A stretch of DNA of 40,641 bases from a virus (lineage: Duplodnaviria; Caudoviricetes), in IMG/VR virus record IMGVR_UViG_3300008085_000056, positions 1 to 40,641 of that record. One strand, written 5' to 3'. The stretch's first letter is position 1, and each line of letters opens with the position of its first letter. Positions 38,681-40,641 of the stretch are shown here, in pieces. Both the position numbers and the translations under genes were made by a program. The notes beneath the pieces are model-generated. The model saw only the letters and a list, made by a program, of their open reading frames with translations. It ran no database searches and was not told the origin of the DNA.

Positions 38681-38709
38681 TTGACATTATTGATATAGTT
38701 TATTATATT
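38681..38709 (+). promoter_or_regulatory. sigma70-like promoter upstream of small genes and cassette array 2
   Basis: TTGACA-17 bp-TATATT. Confidence 0.6.
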
Positions 38710-38757
38710 AATTATAAGTAAACTGATATAAATTAAATATAATTTATATCAATAATT

Positions 38758-38958
38758 ATGACAACGCAAATAAGCAATAAATGTATACAAATTGAATCTG
38801 GTGAATGGCTTTATAAAGGTTGTTTCATCCAAGAATCGGTACACCCACGTCTGGTAGGTAAGTACGAAGTCTTTAAAAATAATAAATCACAAAGTCATAT
38901 TGGTAGATGTTACACATTTACCGAAGCTAAAAAATTATGCAGAGAAAATCATCAATAG
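38758..38958 (+). CDS. hypothetical protein
   Basis: 66 aa ORF directly after the promoter. Confidence 0.6.
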   Translation: MTTQISNKCIQIESGEWLYKGCFIQESVHPRLVGKYEVFKNNKSQSHIGRCYTFTEAKKLCRENHQ

Positions 38959-39369
38959 AACACTTAAAACACATAACACCTAAAACATCAAGGGATTTTA
39001 GGAGTGAAAATTATGGAACATCTAATGAACCACCACCATCTTGGGAAGTAGGTGGAATAAAAATAAAAATTGAGGATGTTCAAAAGTATCTTGATGAAAA
39101 TAATATACCAGTTATTGAAATTCCCATAAAGGATATATTTAATAAATGTGCTCATAGAGATAAAACAGATAAAGAAACATTAGATAGAAGTGAAAGGTCT
39201 GATTTGAAATTTCCAATAATAGTCTTAAAAAAGAATGGAAAATATCATATGGTTCTAGATGGACATCATAGATTATTGAAAGCTAAAAAATAATAATATT
39301 GATAAAATAAAAGCAAGAGTATTTAATTTAGAAGATGCTCCTGATGGATATAAAAAAGTGTTTTCATAA
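38937..39369 (+). pseudogene. ParB/Srx-like N-terminal domain protein, frameshifted in an A6 run near 39290
   Basis: FPIIVL...VLDGHHRLLKA; removing one A continues the frame as KNNNIDKIKARVFNLEDAPDGYKKVFS to stop 39369. Confidence 0.65.
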
Positions 39370-39385
39370 AAATTAATAAGTATAT

Positions 39386-39718
39386 ATGAAAAAATTTAAA
39401 TTAATAAGATTGAGAGATGGTAAGGGTTTGGTTGGTGACATAATAGAAATATATCCTGTTTTGGGAAAGGATGATAATAAAATATTGGGTGAGATTTCGA
39501 ATTCTTATACATCGGAGGATTATCCTAATTTATACAAAGAAATAAAAATAGGTCACTGTATCAATATATTATACGGAAATGATAATTGGATGACTACAAC
39601 TATTCTCGAAAAGTTAGAATATAAAAAAGATTATATTAAGTTCAAAACAGAATATAGCATATATGATTGTATTATATTGAAAGCTAAAAATAATAAAAGA
39701 TTATCTTTATGTCCTTAA
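39386..39718 (+). CDS. hypothetical protein
   Basis: 110 aa; WMTTTILE...IKFKTEYSIY. Confidence 0.6.
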   Translation: MKKFKLIRLRDGKGLVGDIIEIYPVLGKDDNKILGEISNSYTSEDYPNLYKEIKIGHCINILYGNDNWMTTTILEKLEYKKDYIKFKTEYSIYDCIILKAKNNKRLSLCP

Positions 39719-39802
39719 AAAATTATTAAAAATGTGTGGTGGGGTTTTTCTAAAATTTTCTAACACTAATGTTAATTCAGAGGATAGAACCACACTTACA
39801 CA

Positions 39803-39929
39803 TAACGTGCCGAGTATATGAAATGTAGGCGTTTAAAAGCACTTACATTTCAGATTAACAACAAAGGCAGATTAAGTTGAATAACGGTTAAAACAGCACT
39901 TACTCGCCTATATTTTATATACTGTGTTA
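39803..39929. repeat. attC-like site S7 (127 bp)
   Basis: TAAC gtgccg agtatatgaaatgtaggcg ... cgcctatattttatatact gt GTTA (19-bp stem, 2 G-T). Confidence 0.8.
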
Positions 39930-39947
39930 GCCACAGTTGTTTGAGCG

Positions 39948-40187
39948 ATGGACTTAACAAACGAAATAATCGAAAGAAATGGTTTTAAAAGAGTTAACAA
40001 TAGTATGTGGAAACTTGATTGTATAACTCTCCAAAATGCATATACTGATGAAGGTGGTGATATTCTTAATAAAATATTGACCACTAAAAAAGCATATAAA
40101 GTTTGTGTAAATGGTAAATATCTTCGAATGATTACTTATGAATACCAAATACATCAACTTTTAGAACGCAAACTGTGCGTTGGCTAA
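39948..40187 (+). CDS. cassette G hypothetical protein
   Basis: 79 aa; ends gttagccacagttg and taattgtggctaac pair at 12/14 plus 2 G-T. Confidence 0.72.
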   Translation: MDLTNEIIERNGFKRVNNSMWKLDCITLQNAYTDEGGDILNKILTTKKAYKVCVNGKYLRMITYEYQIHQLLERKLCVG

Positions 40188-40194
40188 TTGTGGC

Positions 40195-40273
40195 TAACGG
40201 TTGCAAATATGAGAAGTAAATTTTACCAATTAAAAATAAACAAATCAAAATTTATTTCTTATATTTGTTGTTA
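40195..40273. repeat. attC-like site S8 (79 bp)
   Basis: TAAC ggtt gcaaatatgagaagtaaatttt ... aaaatttatttcttatatttgt t GTTA (22-bp stem, 3 G-T). Confidence 0.8.
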
Positions 40274-40309
40274 TATACAGTTTAATTTTTATTTAAAACG
40301 AAAAAAATT

Positions 40310-40531
40310 ATGAATAACGAAAAAGTTGAAAATTACGCAAAATCTCTTGTTAAGCACGGTTTGTATTCAACAATTGATGAAGCACGAGCAGAATCTATTA
40401 GATGGCACAAAAAACAAGAACGTGGATTAGAAGAACCACTTCAATGTCCGCACCACCCTGATATAGAAACCACAGTAACACATACTGAAAATGGTGGGAT
40501 GATTGTTGAATACAAACTTCCTAAAAATTAA
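40310..40531 (+). CDS. cassette H hypothetical protein
   Basis: 73 aa; ends gttatatacagtttaattttta and taaaaattaaattgtatataac pair at 21/22. Confidence 0.75.
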   Translation: MNNEKVENYAKSLVKHGLYSTIDEARAESIRWHKKQERGLEEPLQCPHHPDIETTVTHTENGGMIVEYKLPKN

Positions 40532-40539
40532 ATTGTATA

Positions 40540-40631
40540 TAACGGTTCGCAGCTATGAGCAGTACAGCCTTGCACATAGTTTCAATTTAAACACAAAAGT
40601 TAATTGGCTGTATTGCTTATAGGTGCTGTTA
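40540..40631. repeat. attC-like site S9 (92 bp)
   Basis: TAAC ggttc gcagctatgagcagtacagcc ... ggctgtattgcttataggtgc t GTTA. Confidence 0.8.
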
Positions 40632-40641
40632 TGGGCAGTAC

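Larger units (their letters stand above)
39803..40641. mobile_element. integron-like gene cassette array 2 (runs off the window end)
   Basis: Three TAAC..GTTA palindromes and two complete ORF segments with complementary ends. Confidence 0.78.

Noticed and set aside
39881-39890. Extra TAACGGTTA inside S7 as a separate site
   Set aside because: It has no flanking stem or matching partner end and lies within the loop of S7
34252-40631. Palindromes as ordinary rho-independent terminators or MITEs
   Set aside because: Loops are roughly 20-90 nt, there is no U-tract or target-site duplication, and neither idea explains complementarity between the two ends of each ORF segment
1-40641. Stop-codon reassignment, tRNA genes, or an integrase gene
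   Set aside because: Core genes are intact in code 11 and end in TAA, TAG and TGA; no tRNA cloverleaf or tyrosine-recombinase R-H-R-Y motif set was recognised by eye

Overview
AT-rich (roughly 70% A+T by eye) segment of a large T4-like tailed dsDNA phage (myovirus), standard genetic code. 1-22.9 kb is the virion module: terminase, portal, intein-containing prohead protease, a phage-encoded ribosomal protein bS21, scaffold, major capsid, sheath, tube, hub/chaperone, tape measure and baseplate. 22.9-33.5 kb is the replication module: small PolA-like protein, SSB, RecA/UvsX, 5'-3' exonuclease, DnaB-like helicase and a class II-type ribonucleotide reductase with two inteins. 33.5-40.6 kb is an accessory region and holds the most striking signal: two arrays of small ORFs (34.25-36.3 kb, and 39.8 kb to the window end) separated by nine long imperfect palindromes of the form TAAC-stem-loop-stem-GTTA. 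In most units the two ends of the ORF-containing segment are complementary to each other. This is the signature of integron-like gene cassettes with attC-like sites, here in a phage. The ORFs appear inverted relative to the classical arrangement, the site itself often supplies the start codon and N-terminus, and an attI-like end lies at about 36.27-36.34 kb. No integrase is visible in the window. All family calls are from motif recognition, not database searches.
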